Source of the DNA: Promethearchaeota archaeon
Lineage (GTDB): Archaea > Asgardarchaeota > Hermodarchaeia > Hermodarchaeales > Hermodarchaeaceae
Direction: 5' to 3'
NCBI GenBank assembly: GCA_048939625.1
Contig: JBHLPH010000019.1
Location: 1 to 35,784 of the forward strand
DNA length: 35,784 bases
The notes beneath the pieces are model-generated. The model was not told the DNA's origin and did not search any database. It was given only the letters and a program-made list of their open reading frames with translations. A program made the translations under genes and the position numbers. Shown piece by piece: positions 16,995-25,630 of the stretch; the stretch's first letter is position 1, and each line of letters starts with the position of its first letter.

Positions 16995-18041
16995 CTATCC
17001 ATCTTCTTGATCTTCTATAGTTTCAGTGTGTTCGGTATCTTGGAGTGTACGGTAACCTCGGCCCATTGTTGCAATGGAAGGTGCCCCAAGAATAGTTAAT
17101 CCGATGATATAAACAAGTGCATCCAGAAGCGCTATGCTGGCAGCAGCAGCAATTCCCCAGCCTTCTAAAGCGAGGGTGATTGCAGCTGTTTGTGTTATGA
17201 ATATGCTAATTCCGGCAGGAAGGAGTATTGCTAAGATGTGGCCTGTCATATAACTAATACCTAAAATGAACATGGATTGGGAAATACTGATAATTTGACC
17301 AAAGATTAGCGCAATGAAAACTAATTTTGCAGTTTCTAACATCCAAATTGGTACACTGATGAGAAATGCCCACCCAGAGTTCCAGCTGCTAATATCAGTT
17401 CGTAAATCGATTGCGAAGTTTTCTACAAAGGATGGAACCTCATCTTTGAGTCGTTCAGAAGGTTTGAACAACCGACCTGCAATTCGTGACATTAACCCAA
17501 CGAAGCGATCATTTCGAATTAGAATAAAGAAGGCCACAAATGCTATTGCAACTAATGCTCCAGAAATTAAGTAATTAATTAATTGGCCCGTTAATGCACC
17601 AAAGATGAGGAACCCGGAGACAATGATTATGAGGATCAGTGCAGCAAAGTCTAGAACTCGCGCCCAGACAATCGAGGCCAGCCCAGCAGTAAACCGTGTA
17701 CCTTGTTTTTCTCTAAGCCAGTAGGGTGTGGCAATGTCTCCTGCACGAAGTGGTGCTACATAGGTAAGAAAGATTCCACCAACCAGCATTGGGAATTGGT
17801 TAGCGGGATTTCCTTTCGTCTTGAAGGGTCTAAGAAGGACCCACCAGCGAATGGCCCTCAAGATGTAAGCTAGCCCAAACAGACCAAAAGCAGGAATAAT
17901 CCACACCATAACATTGCCAGGATCTGTGAGGATGCGTACTATCTCAAATATGCCTCCGATAGGTAAGAGAGCAACATGAAGCCATATAATAATCAGAAAC
18001 AGGCTCACAATACCAATGACGTAATAGGTTCGGGCTCGCAT
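16995..18041 (-). CDS. Lysylphosphatidylglycerol synthase TM-like (UPF0104/AglD2-type) putative flippase
   Basis: LRAIRWWVLL, P.RAGD, G..SIVWARVLD, W..E and PAG motifs. About 8 TM segments. Confidence 0.85.
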   Translation of the reverse strand: MRARTYYVIGIVSLFLIIIWLHVALLPIGGIFEIVRILTDPGNVMVWIIPAFGLFGLAYILRAIRWWVLLRPFKTKGNPANQFPMLVGGIFLTYVAPLRAGDIATPYWLREKQGTRFTAGLASIVWARVLDFAALILIIIVSGFLIFGALTGQLINYLISGALVAIAFVAFFILIRNDRFVGLMSRIAGRLFKPSERLKDEVPSFVENFAIDLRTDISSWNSGWAFLISVPIWMLETAKLVFIALIFGQIISISQSMFILGISYMTGHILAILLPAGISIFITQTAAITLALEGWGIAAAASIALLDALVYIIGLTILGAPSIATMGRGYRTLQDTEHTETIEDQEDG

Positions 18042-18192
18042 CAGAATCTACTCAAGCACTTGATGGAGTCACCCCTGCTGACTCCAACCTAAAAATGCTA
18101 TGGGTTACGAGAAATTCTGAATCCATACGAATCTCTTTTATTTTTTCAAGCAGGCAAGCTTATTTAACTAAAAAGTACGTTGGCACTCCTGT

Positions 18193-18942
18193 ATGCCACC
18201 AAAATATGCCGTCATTCCCGCAGCAGGAAAAGGAAAGCGTATTCGCCCCTACTCCGAAAAAGTTCCAAAACCGATGATCCAATTATTTGGGCGACCAATT
18301 CTTGCTCATGTTATAGACCGATGTAAAGATGCAGGAATCACCAATATCATCATTGTCATTAACCCCAAATCAGATGTTGTCAAGAATTATTTCCAAGATG
18401 GCAGTGATCAAGGCGTTTCTATCGAATATGTAGGACAACCATCACCAGAAGGCATCGGACACGCAGTGGGACAAACAGAGGGCATCGTAACAACCCCTTT
18501 TGTTGTTTATCTTGGTGATGAACTATATTTTGACTCAGATCATAGAGGTTTCATCCAATCCTTCGATGCTACGGGCTGTGCAGCCTCTATCGGGCTCATT
18601 CGAGTTGACAATAAGGCTTTAATCCGAAAAAATTACTCTGTAGAAATTGATCCAGAAACCCAGATAGTTCGGCACCTCGTCGAAAAGCCAATCGAGTTAA
18701 CGAACAATATTCTTGGGTGTGGATCCTATATCTTTGATGATACTGTTTTCGAAGCTATCAGGCAAACTCCTCGCTCCAAGAAAAACGAAATCGAGATTAC
18801 AGATACTCTCAACACAATTCGAGAACTAGGCAATGATGTGTACGGATATTTCTTAGGTGGTCAGTATCTCAACGTGACATACCCTAAAGATATTGTCGAA
18901 GCTGAGAAGTTTCTCAGTCAAGATAGGGACTCAATCTTATAA
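18193..18942 (+). CDS. Sugar-1-phosphate nucleotidyltransferase (RmlA/GalU-like)
   Basis: VIPAAGKGKRIRP....PKPM, Q..PEGIGHAV, YLGD, LVEKP and EIEITD. Confidence 0.9.
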   Translation: MPPKYAVIPAAGKGKRIRPYSEKVPKPMIQLFGRPILAHVIDRCKDAGITNIIIVINPKSDVVKNYFQDGSDQGVSIEYVGQPSPEGIGHAVGQTEGIVTTPFVVYLGDELYFDSDHRGFIQSFDATGCAASIGLIRVDNKALIRKNYSVEIDPETQIVRHLVEKPIELTNNILGCGSYIFDDTVFEAIRQTPRSKKNEIEITDTLNTIRELGNDVYGYFLGGQYLNVTYPKDIVEAEKFLSQDRDSIL

Positions 18943-19635
18943 GTTCAAAATCACTTTTATCATTTGGAGACCATTACGGAATGCTTTCGTTTTTGATGTC
19001 GTGATTTTTGCTTCTCCAACTCGAGTCAAATAGTAGACTGGGATTTCTTTGATTTTCCCTCCATGTTCCAGAACTTTGACAATCATTTGGGGGGAAAAGG
19101 CTGCTCCTTCAGCGTCAAGTTTGGGAAGAATCGCTTCGAGCATTTCACGTCGTATCACCCGAAGCGTACAGCCTACATCGGTTAAGGGAGGGTATCCATG
19201 GAGTATGCCTAATAGTTTGGCAACAGCTATATTACCTATAACAAGAAAAAGTCCCATGTTTGCGCCTTCTTCGAGATAGGGGGTTGCGGTTCTTGTTCCG
19301 ACCACGAAGTGGTGATTCCTCACTTCGCTAAGAAGCCGGGGCACATCAACACCGCGGAAGGTTTGGTCGGCCTCGGTGATGACGATCAGATCATATCCAC
19401 GGTCCAAGGCTTCCCATAGACCACGTCTAATGGCTGCTCCGTATCCTTGGATTGGTTCTGGAATTACAGTGGCACCAGCTGTTTTCGCCACCTTGGCCGT
19501 ATTATCTGTTGAGTTGTTATCGATAACAAGCACATCGTCGACCTCTGGGGTCAAGAAATCTTTGATGGTGGCAGCAATGGGCTCTTCTTCATTCCAGGCA
19601 GGGATGACGACGCAGACACGCTTACCGGCAAACAA
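18937..19635 (-). CDS. GT2 polyprenol/dolichol-phosphate glycosyltransferase (DPM1-like, soluble)
   Basis: VVIPAWNEE, IDNNSTDNT, QGYGAA, EADQT, VVGTR, TDVGC and EIPV.Y..RVGE.K. TTG start after GGTGA. Confidence 0.9.
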   Translation of the reverse strand: MFAGKRVCVVIPAWNEEEPIAATIKDFLTPEVDDVLVIDNNSTDNTAKVAKTAGATVIPEPIQGYGAAIRRGLWEALDRGYDLIVITEADQTFRGVDVPRLLSEVRNHHFVVGTRTATPYLEEGANMGLFLVIGNIAVAKLLGILHGYPPLTDVGCTLRVIRREMLEAILPKLDAEGAAFSPQMIVKVLEHGGKIKEIPVYYLTRVGEAKITTSKTKAFRNGLQMIKVILNL

Positions 19636-19730
19636 TGGGATTCACCAAGAATCAATATAGCAAATTGTGTCGTTCCTTAGCGAAGGTGTCCTATAAAAGA
19701 ATAGAAGCTGTAGACGCCCTGGAAATTTGT

Positions 19731-20348
19731 TTATACACGGATTGAATAAGCCGGCTTAATGCGCCCTTCATCTGTGGCAAGAAGCATCCTCTCAGCAATA
19801 AACTCAAAGAGCTGATTGATGTTCTCACCCGTTCGAGCACAGACGGGAATGAAAGCCTTGATACCATTGTTTTCACAGAATCGTCGTATTTCCTCATTAG
19901 AAGGGCCATCATCAAGGTCTGATTTGGCTCCAACTAACACAATTGGAATTCCATCAGTGCTTTCGCGAATTATTTCCATCCAGTATTCCAACTGAAGAAA
20001 AGTAGAAAAGCGACTGAGATCAAAAACAACAATAGCTCCATGGGCTCCAAGACAAAAAATTGGGATGAGCTCACGGAACCGCTCTTCCCCCCCGAAATCC
20101 CAAATACTCAGGCCAACTTTTTGGTTTTTTATTTCTAATTCTTGATAGGCAAACTCGGAGCCTACTGTCATGGTGGGCGTCGTGCTATAATCGTAGATAT
20201 AGCGTTGGATTAAGCTGGTCTTCCCCACTCCTCCTTCGCCAGCAACAATTACTTTGAAAATAGGCGTCTTGGGCTTGATTGCTGGAGTTTCAAGTATTGC
20301 CTCTGTTCTATCATTTACTCGTTCGTGAGTAGCCAGTGTGTACACCAC
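19731..20348 (-). CDS. Rab-like small GTPase (Ras superfamily)
   Basis: G1 GEGGVGKTS, G2 TVGSEF, G3 WDFGGEERF, G4 GAKSD, G5 VCAR. The start is uncertain (GTG 20348/20345 or CTG 20336); the ORF-track extension to 20498 covers the apparent promoter. Confidence 0.92.
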   Translation of the reverse strand: MVYTLATHERVNDRTEAILETPAIKPKTPIFKVIVAGEGGVGKTSLIQRYIYDYSTTPTMTVGSEFAYQELEIKNQKVGLSIWDFGGEERFRELIPIFCLGAHGAIVVFDLSRFSTFLQLEYWMEIIRESTDGIPIVLVGAKSDLDDGPSNEEIRRFCENNGIKAFIPVCARTGENINQLFEFIAERMLLATDEGRIKPAYSIRV

Positions 20349-20530
20349 GCCGGGAGCCAATTGTGGCGAAACCACTCTTCGAGCGGTTGCCACACCTTTC
20401 AGGTCAATTACAGGAAACCCGATTTTTATATTCTCCCAGTTCTTCGATCCATTGTGATATTTTGTTGGATTTTTCGCAAGTACTTTAGGCGGAAACAACG
20501 AATATTAAGTGAAACCATCATTAGGGACGG

Positions 20531-21703
20531 ATGGTCGCTGTGACAGATTCGATCGCTGTTTATTACGATGAGCAGTTCATCAAATATGATTTGGGTCCCC
20601 ATCATCCCCTTCATCAAGATCGAATCCTATTACATTATGAACTGAGTAAAGCACTCGGTATTCTATCTAGCCCCGGAGTTAGCGAACCGGATTTCGAACC
20701 AGTAGATGATGAACTGCTACGATTTGTTCACACTCAGGAGTATATTGATGAGATTCGGGCCCTAAGCCAGAAACAGGGATATTCCACCTTGGATATGGGT
20801 GATACTGTAGCGTTTCCTGGAGCTTATGACATTACCCGGCTTATGGTGGGGGCAACCATAGCCTGTGTGGATAGTGTGATGCAAGGTAAAACAGACCATG
20901 CCTGGAACCCGGGAGGGGGTCTGCATCATGCCCATGCCAACCGAGCCGCTGGATTTTGTATTTTCAATGACGTAGCCATAGCCTGTCATTACCTAAAAAG
21001 GAAATATCAACAAAAACGTATATTGTACTTAGACATCGATGTCCATCATGCGGACGGCGTTCAAGAGCAGTTTGAAACAGATCCAGAGGTGCTAACCTTG
21101 TCCATTCACCAAACAGGCCGTACCCTCTATCCAGGAACTGGATATCCCCATGACATCGGTGAAGGCGAAGGACGAGGATATACTGTGAATCTTCCAATGC
21201 CCCCTTACACACAAGACACTCAATACCTCGAAGCCTTCGAAGCCATCGTTCCCCCAATCATTGACGCTTTCAAACCCCAAGTAATTTTAATGCAAAATGG
21301 AGTGGACACACATTTTCAGGATCAATTGGGCAATCTTCTCCTAACCACCAACGCATTTGCGAAAATAAGTCAGCGTGTTCACGAGCTCGCGCATCAATAT
21401 TCACAGGGCAAGCTTATTGCGGTCGGTGGAGGTGGCTATTCCTATTATTCGGTTCCGCGATGCTGGACAGTAATTTTAGGACAACTATCAGGAGTGCATC
21501 TAGCCAATGAAATTCCCGAAAGCTGGCAAATGTTATTCACAGAGATTACAGGCCTTCAAGCACCAGAGTGGCTTCATGATAAAGAAGTACCAACCCTTTC
21601 CCAAGTATACCATGATCGGATTGGACGGATTGTCAAAGAAAGCGTCTCACGCGTCCAAGATTTTGTTTTTCCACTTCTCAAAATAAAGAAAACTAGCCCC
21701 TGA
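20531..21703 (+). CDS. Zn-dependent histone deacetylase family protein (AcuC-like)
   Basis: HP...R, GGLHHA, GFCIFND, DIDVHHADG, SIH...YPGTG, NLP, GVDTH..D and GGGGY. Confidence 0.93.
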   Translation: MVAVTDSIAVYYDEQFIKYDLGPHHPLHQDRILLHYELSKALGILSSPGVSEPDFEPVDDELLRFVHTQEYIDEIRALSQKQGYSTLDMGDTVAFPGAYDITRLMVGATIACVDSVMQGKTDHAWNPGGGLHHAHANRAAGFCIFNDVAIACHYLKRKYQQKRILYLDIDVHHADGVQEQFETDPEVLTLSIHQTGRTLYPGTGYPHDIGEGEGRGYTVNLPMPPYTQDTQYLEAFEAIVPPIIDAFKPQVILMQNGVDTHFQDQLGNLLLTTNAFAKISQRVHELAHQYSQGKLIAVGGGGYSYYSVPRCWTVILGQLSGVHLANEIPESWQMLFTEITGLQAPEWLHDKEVPTLSQVYHDRIGRIVKESVSRVQDFVFPLLKIKKTSP

Positions 21704-21751
21704 TTTCGTTTAAGGCTAGGTTTGATTCATAACAGAATCGAAGTAACACCC

Positions 21752-22288
21752 TTACAAATACTTCTTCTGGAGTGCAGAAACTATGGAATCTAAAAATTTG
21801 CTGACCTCTTGCGATTCTTTTGCCTTGACCTCTAATTGTTGTATCAAATCAATCGCAGCACGCTTCCGATCTAACTCGTTGGGAATATTGCTTAACCGTT
21901 GGACGCGAGAAACTAGTTGGTAGATTTCTGGATAACTTCGTTGAATGACACCTTCAATGGTCCGCGGCTTTTGCATTGTTGGAACAACACGGACAACACG
22001 AATTCCTTGTGGGGTAATTTGCACAGATACACGGACCGTCTTCGCCAAGCGATAGTATTTCCGTGGTGGACCACGAATGCTTTCGTCTTCATATGTTTCT
22101 AAGAACCCCTTCTGAATAAGTTCCTGTAGATGACGTAGGATGGCCTGTTGGTGAACGGAGAGTTCGCGACTGAGTTGCCCAAGGAACATGGGCTCCTGGG
22201 AAAGCCGCCGTAATATCTCGAAACGCGTGGGATTACCTAGCAGCCAAAATAGATGGACAGACTCATCATGGGAGTTACGATGGGACAT
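21752..22288 (-). CDS. ArsR-family wHTH regulator (Phr/HSR1-type heat-shock repressor)
   Basis: LGNPTRFEILRRLSQEPMFLGQLSREL.V.QQAILRHL..L...G, RGPPRKYY and a C-terminal coiled coil. Divergent from hsp20. Start refined to ATG 22288. Confidence 0.85.
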   Translation of the reverse strand: MSHRNSHDESVHLFWLLGNPTRFEILRRLSQEPMFLGQLSRELSVHQQAILRHLQELIQKGFLETYEDESIRGPPRKYYRLAKTVRVSVQITPQGIRVVRVVPTMQKPRTIEGVIQRSYPEIYQLVSRVQRLSNIPNELDRKRAAIDLIQQLEVKAKESQEVSKFLDSIVSALQKKYL

Positions 22289-22310
22289 GGCGATTACCTT
22301 CGTCGCGTGG

Positions 22311-22439
22311 GTCACTCACTAGATGTTAGTGACATTTTGCGAGTATTTAGTGTTGTGGTTCTGTGGAAATGTTTAAAAGGAAGTATTACACACATTTTGT
22401 TAGTCACAATATGTGAGTAAATAAATGTGAGTAACTCAC
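22311..22439. promoter_or_regulatory. Heat-shock repressor operator array in a divergent promoter
   Basis: GTCACTCAC-TAGAT-GTTAGTGAC at 22311-22333. TGT(T/G)AGT repeats at 22398, 22412 and 22426. TATA-like TTTAAAA at 22372-22378. Confidence 0.7.
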
Positions 22440-22452
22440 GGAGGAAAACACC

Positions 22453-23115
22453 ATGAGCTTCTTTGATGAAACTGACGAATTTGATGAACTATTCAAACAC
22501 CAAATGCAGGCAATCCGTCGTATGTTCAACGATCTACAACAGTCCACCCCTCCTTCCGATTCTGATATCGAAAATCGTGAGAGTGTTCGCACTCAGCGAT
22601 TTGGACCCTTTGTCTATGGTCGAACCACCTACTTGGGACCGGATGGTAAAATGCACACCCAAGAATGGGGCAATCTTCCTCCTCAAGCTCGTAAGGAACT
22701 CGAAGAAAGGATGCACACTCAAAGCGTTCCATTCCGATTTCCTCCAACACCTCAAGAACGACGTCCGTCACCAATCCCTGATCCCTTGACCCCAGACCGA
22801 CCGTTTCCAGGGCCCCAAGCACAATTCAAACTCGACGCTGATGATTATCTAATCGATATTTTTGACACGGCAGATGGCTACACTGCAATCTTTGATACCC
22901 CTGCGATGAGTGAGCATGATGTCCAAGTCGACGTGAATGAGAAGCAATTGAAGCTTTGGGTGCAGGGGCGGATTTTCCGAGAATTGGAATTACCTATTCC
23001 TGTTACGCTTACCTCGCTCCAATTTCGTAATGGAATTGTAGAACTGCAGCTAAGATCCACAAAGTCAGAGGAAGAGCCCAAAGCCTCCGGGGAATCGACT
23101 GATCAGACGGCGTGA
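22453..23115 (+). CDS. hsp20: Archaeal small heat-shock protein Hsp20
   Basis: GPFVYG....GPDGK....EWGN N-terminal motif and an alpha-crystallin end LIDIFD...RELELP...FRNGIVELQL. SD GGAGG. Confidence 0.88.
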   Translation: MSFFDETDEFDELFKHQMQAIRRMFNDLQQSTPPSDSDIENRESVRTQRFGPFVYGRTTYLGPDGKMHTQEWGNLPPQARKELEERMHTQSVPFRFPPTPQERRPSPIPDPLTPDRPFPGPQAQFKLDADDYLIDIFDTADGYTAIFDTPAMSEHDVQVDVNEKQLKLWVQGRIFRELELPIPVTLTSLQFRNGIVELQLRSTKSEEEPKASGESTDQTA

Positions 23116-23124
23116 GGTCGAAAT

Positions 23125-23146
23125 GGACGGGTAGCCAGGCCCGTCC
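23125..23146 (+). terminator. GC-rich hairpin after hsp20
   Basis: GGACGGG-TAGCCAGG-CCCGTCC about 10 nt after the stop, followed by a pyrimidine-rich tract. Confidence 0.45.
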
Positions 23147-23228
23147 TTCCCCACTATTTATCTTGCCTTGGAATTGCGGACTGTTAATGCTACCATCACC
23201 CTTTTAGGCAGAATTTTCGTTTCTCACT

Positions 23229-23834
23229 TTGAGGTTTTACTTCTTGGCTCATGAGGACTTTACAGCTGAGCTCGCTTTTTTAAGTCAACAATATGGTGTT
23301 CCTAAACGTGTCGATTTTGATGTTGAGATGCTCCATGATGAGTTTGCCCTTGTCCAACGTTCGATGGAACGGGGTCGACAGCACGATGTAACCATATTCA
23401 TTCAATATCAGGGGAAATACGTAGTTATCGAAAAACACGCGTATGCGAAAACTGGGATTGTACGAGCTCCGTCTGGCGGAGCGCAACCTTCTGAAAGCTT
23501 AATCATTGCAGCGCAACGTGAAGCCAGTGAAGAAACAGGGTTTGATGTTGAAATTGACCGATTTGTCTTGGAATCACATGTGCGTTTACATTGTGGAACT
23601 CAGCCAGCTGTCCCTTGGGTCTCCTACGTCTTCCTTGCTCATGTTGTCGGAGGAACACTAGGAGCAAAAGATCTCAGAGAAATCTCGGATGTCCAACTCC
23701 GGTCACGCCAAGAACTCCTAACTGATGTCCGACCATTAATGTTAGCCTCTGGACTAGGTGGTTTTGAATATCGAGCAAAGATGACGGATGCCTTCTTTGC
23801 CCAACTTGATAATTTGGAAAGCCCCTCAGAATAA
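23229..23834 (+). CDS. NUDIX hydrolase
   Basis: Nudix box GGAQPSESLIIAAQREASEETG. The start may be TTG 23244 after GAGGT. Confidence 0.88.
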   Translation: MRFYFLAHEDFTAELAFLSQQYGVPKRVDFDVEMLHDEFALVQRSMERGRQHDVTIFIQYQGKYVVIEKHAYAKTGIVRAPSGGAQPSESLIIAAQREASEETGFDVEIDRFVLESHVRLHCGTQPAVPWVSYVFLAHVVGGTLGAKDLREISDVQLRSRQELLTDVRPLMLASGLGGFEYRAKMTDAFFAQLDNLESPSE

Positions 23835-23844
23835 AATGGGCAGA

Positions 23845-25146
23845 CTAAAGAGGGGCCGCACAATGGATGCAAAACTTGGCATCAGCAGCGGTCACCCGTC
23901 CACACTGTGGACAGATTTTACCTGCTTCAGCATCAGCTCGTGAAGTTGTTGGTTTTGGACTGGGGGTTTCAGGTTCCTCAGTCTTGGATTTTGATGTGAT
24001 AACTTCTACTTCTTCCGGTTCTGAGCTGGTGACCTTTGAATCCGCAACCGTCGTTTCAGTGACTTCAAAACGAGTGATTGGACCAGTCCGCATAGCAGAT
24101 TCCTTTTTAATGATATGATCGCAGGCGAGCAGGGCATAGTTGAGCCGCTCGGCTTTGCCTGTAAGTGTCTCTTTCGTTGCCATATCTTTTATTTCGTCGT
24201 CTCCTATTAGTAAACGTGCATTTAAGGTTTCTAACTCTTCTTTGACTTCGGCATGATCTTGTTGGATTTGGGCATGATAGCCTTGAAGCTTCGTGAGCCC
24301 CTCTTTGATTTGCTCATCCATACGGGCTAGTTTTTCGTCATATTCTTGTGCGAGGCGGTCATAGACTCGTTCACTGACTTCCCCTTTCTGATGGAGAGCT
24401 TCAAGGCGGTCCAGTTCACTTTTTTCATTAATGTAAGAATCGATGAGTTCCTCTAATTCGAAATCACTATCACCTGCAGCCTGACTTAGTTCATCCAAGA
24501 GCTCGTCTGATTCAGCGCCATTTTTCACCAGCTCATCTTCAAGTGTGAGCTGGCGTCCACGAGCCATGAGGCTGGCTAAGACTTTGGCAGGCACTTGTAT
24601 GGGTTTAACTGCAGTGACTGGCTCTTTTGTAGGTGGAGGTCTTTTTACAGGTGCAGGTTCTGCAGTTTCAGAGGCTTCTGTAAGTTTGCCCCCACAAAAT
24701 ATGCAGAACTTAGTACTGGGTTTAGCTTCACGACCACAAGATGAGCAAACTAGTGCTGAAGTTTTTGAGGTGGGAGAAGATTCCACAGGTGTCGATTCTG
24801 ATGGAGGCGGAACAGCTGTTGAGAGTGCTTGTCCGCAATTAATACAGAAATTTGAAGACGCAGGGTTGTTCCCGAACCCGCAATGAGGACAGGCATTTAG
24901 ATCAGAAGGCGTGGGAGTAGGAGTAGTAGGTTCTTCAATTGCAGTGCCACATTTAGTACAAAACTTAGTCCCTGCTTTCAGGGGTAAACCACAATTAGTA
25001 CATTTCAGTTCTCTGGTAGGAGATTGAGGTGTGAGAGCACTTTGGGCTCCGGCAACAGGGTTACCACAGACCGTGCAGAATTTTGCTGATTCTTTAAGCG
25101 TTGCTCCACAACGAGCACATTTCTGAGTCATTGAAGTTCTCACCAT
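23845..25146 (-). CDS. Multi double-zinc-ribbon protein with CdvA-like coiled-coil core
   Basis: Five CxxC..FCxxC units. Central LDRLEALHQKGEVSERVYDRLAQEY...ELETLNARLLIGD. Confidence 0.8.
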   Translation of the reverse strand: MVRTSMTQKCARCGATLKESAKFCTVCGNPVAGAQSALTPQSPTRELKCTNCGLPLKAGTKFCTKCGTAIEEPTTPTPTPSDLNACPHCGFGNNPASSNFCINCGQALSTAVPPPSESTPVESSPTSKTSALVCSSCGREAKPSTKFCIFCGGKLTEASETAEPAPVKRPPPTKEPVTAVKPIQVPAKVLASLMARGRQLTLEDELVKNGAESDELLDELSQAAGDSDFELEELIDSYINEKSELDRLEALHQKGEVSERVYDRLAQEYDEKLARMDEQIKEGLTKLQGYHAQIQQDHAEVKEELETLNARLLIGDDEIKDMATKETLTGKAERLNYALLACDHIIKKESAMRTGPITRFEVTETTVADSKVTSSEPEEVEVITSKSKTEEPETPSPKPTTSRADAEAGKICPQCGRVTAADAKFCIHCAAPL

Positions 25147-25242
25147 GAAGTATTCAATGTGAGTGCTACAAATTGTACCCTTTATTACTTTCGTATTTTG
25201 GCATAAACGTCAAACCAAAATTGAACCCCAATAAAAGTGGGA

Positions 25243-25530
25243 TTAATATTGTGAACTACTTCTTTGAAATGGGTTTAAGCGCGTTGAAATGGATATAGCC
25301 ATCAAATTGCGATTGGGGCGCAGAAAAAGAATCTTAAAGCCCATTCGCTCAAAGAATCTTAAAGCAAAGAATATAATGACGATGATGAGAACAATGAGAA
25401 GACCAAGAAATACCGCATACATTAATCCACGAAATCCAAAATCATCAATCAATGGTGGCGGTTGGAAACTAGAAAAAAGAGATATCAAAACTATTAACAG
25501 ATACTCCAAACTTATTCTCTCTTGAACCAT
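25243..25530 (-). CDS. Small membrane protein (QPPP + TM)
   Basis: 95-aa ORF with a hydrophobic N-terminus, FQPPP, and a strong TM segment followed by basic residues. AT-rich region. Confidence 0.45.
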   Translation of the reverse strand: MVQERISLEYLLIVLISLFSSFQPPPLIDDFGFRGLMYAVFLGLLIVLIIVIIFFALRFFERMGFKILFLRPNRNLMAISISTRLNPFQRSSSQY

Positions 25531-25630
25531 AATTTCAATACGGATTTTAACGATTTCGGTATAGGTCTGACTTTTTCAATTGAATCTTGGGCGGAATCGG
25601 TACAAAAACATGTTTAACAAAAATGATACC

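Noticed and set aside
20362-20394. Hairpin as an archaeal SECIS element
   Set aside because: GAA is in the apical loop rather than a GAA/A internal loop, and no nearby gene has an in-frame TGA at a Cys position.
20349-20498. 50-aa N-terminal extension of the GTPase in the ORF track
   Set aside because: It spans a TATA box and leader hairpin and nearly touches the divergent HDAC start; more likely non-coding.
22398-22439. Periodic repeats as a CRISPR mini-array
   Set aside because: 7-bp units at a 14-bp period, with no spacers or cas genes; an operator explains them better.
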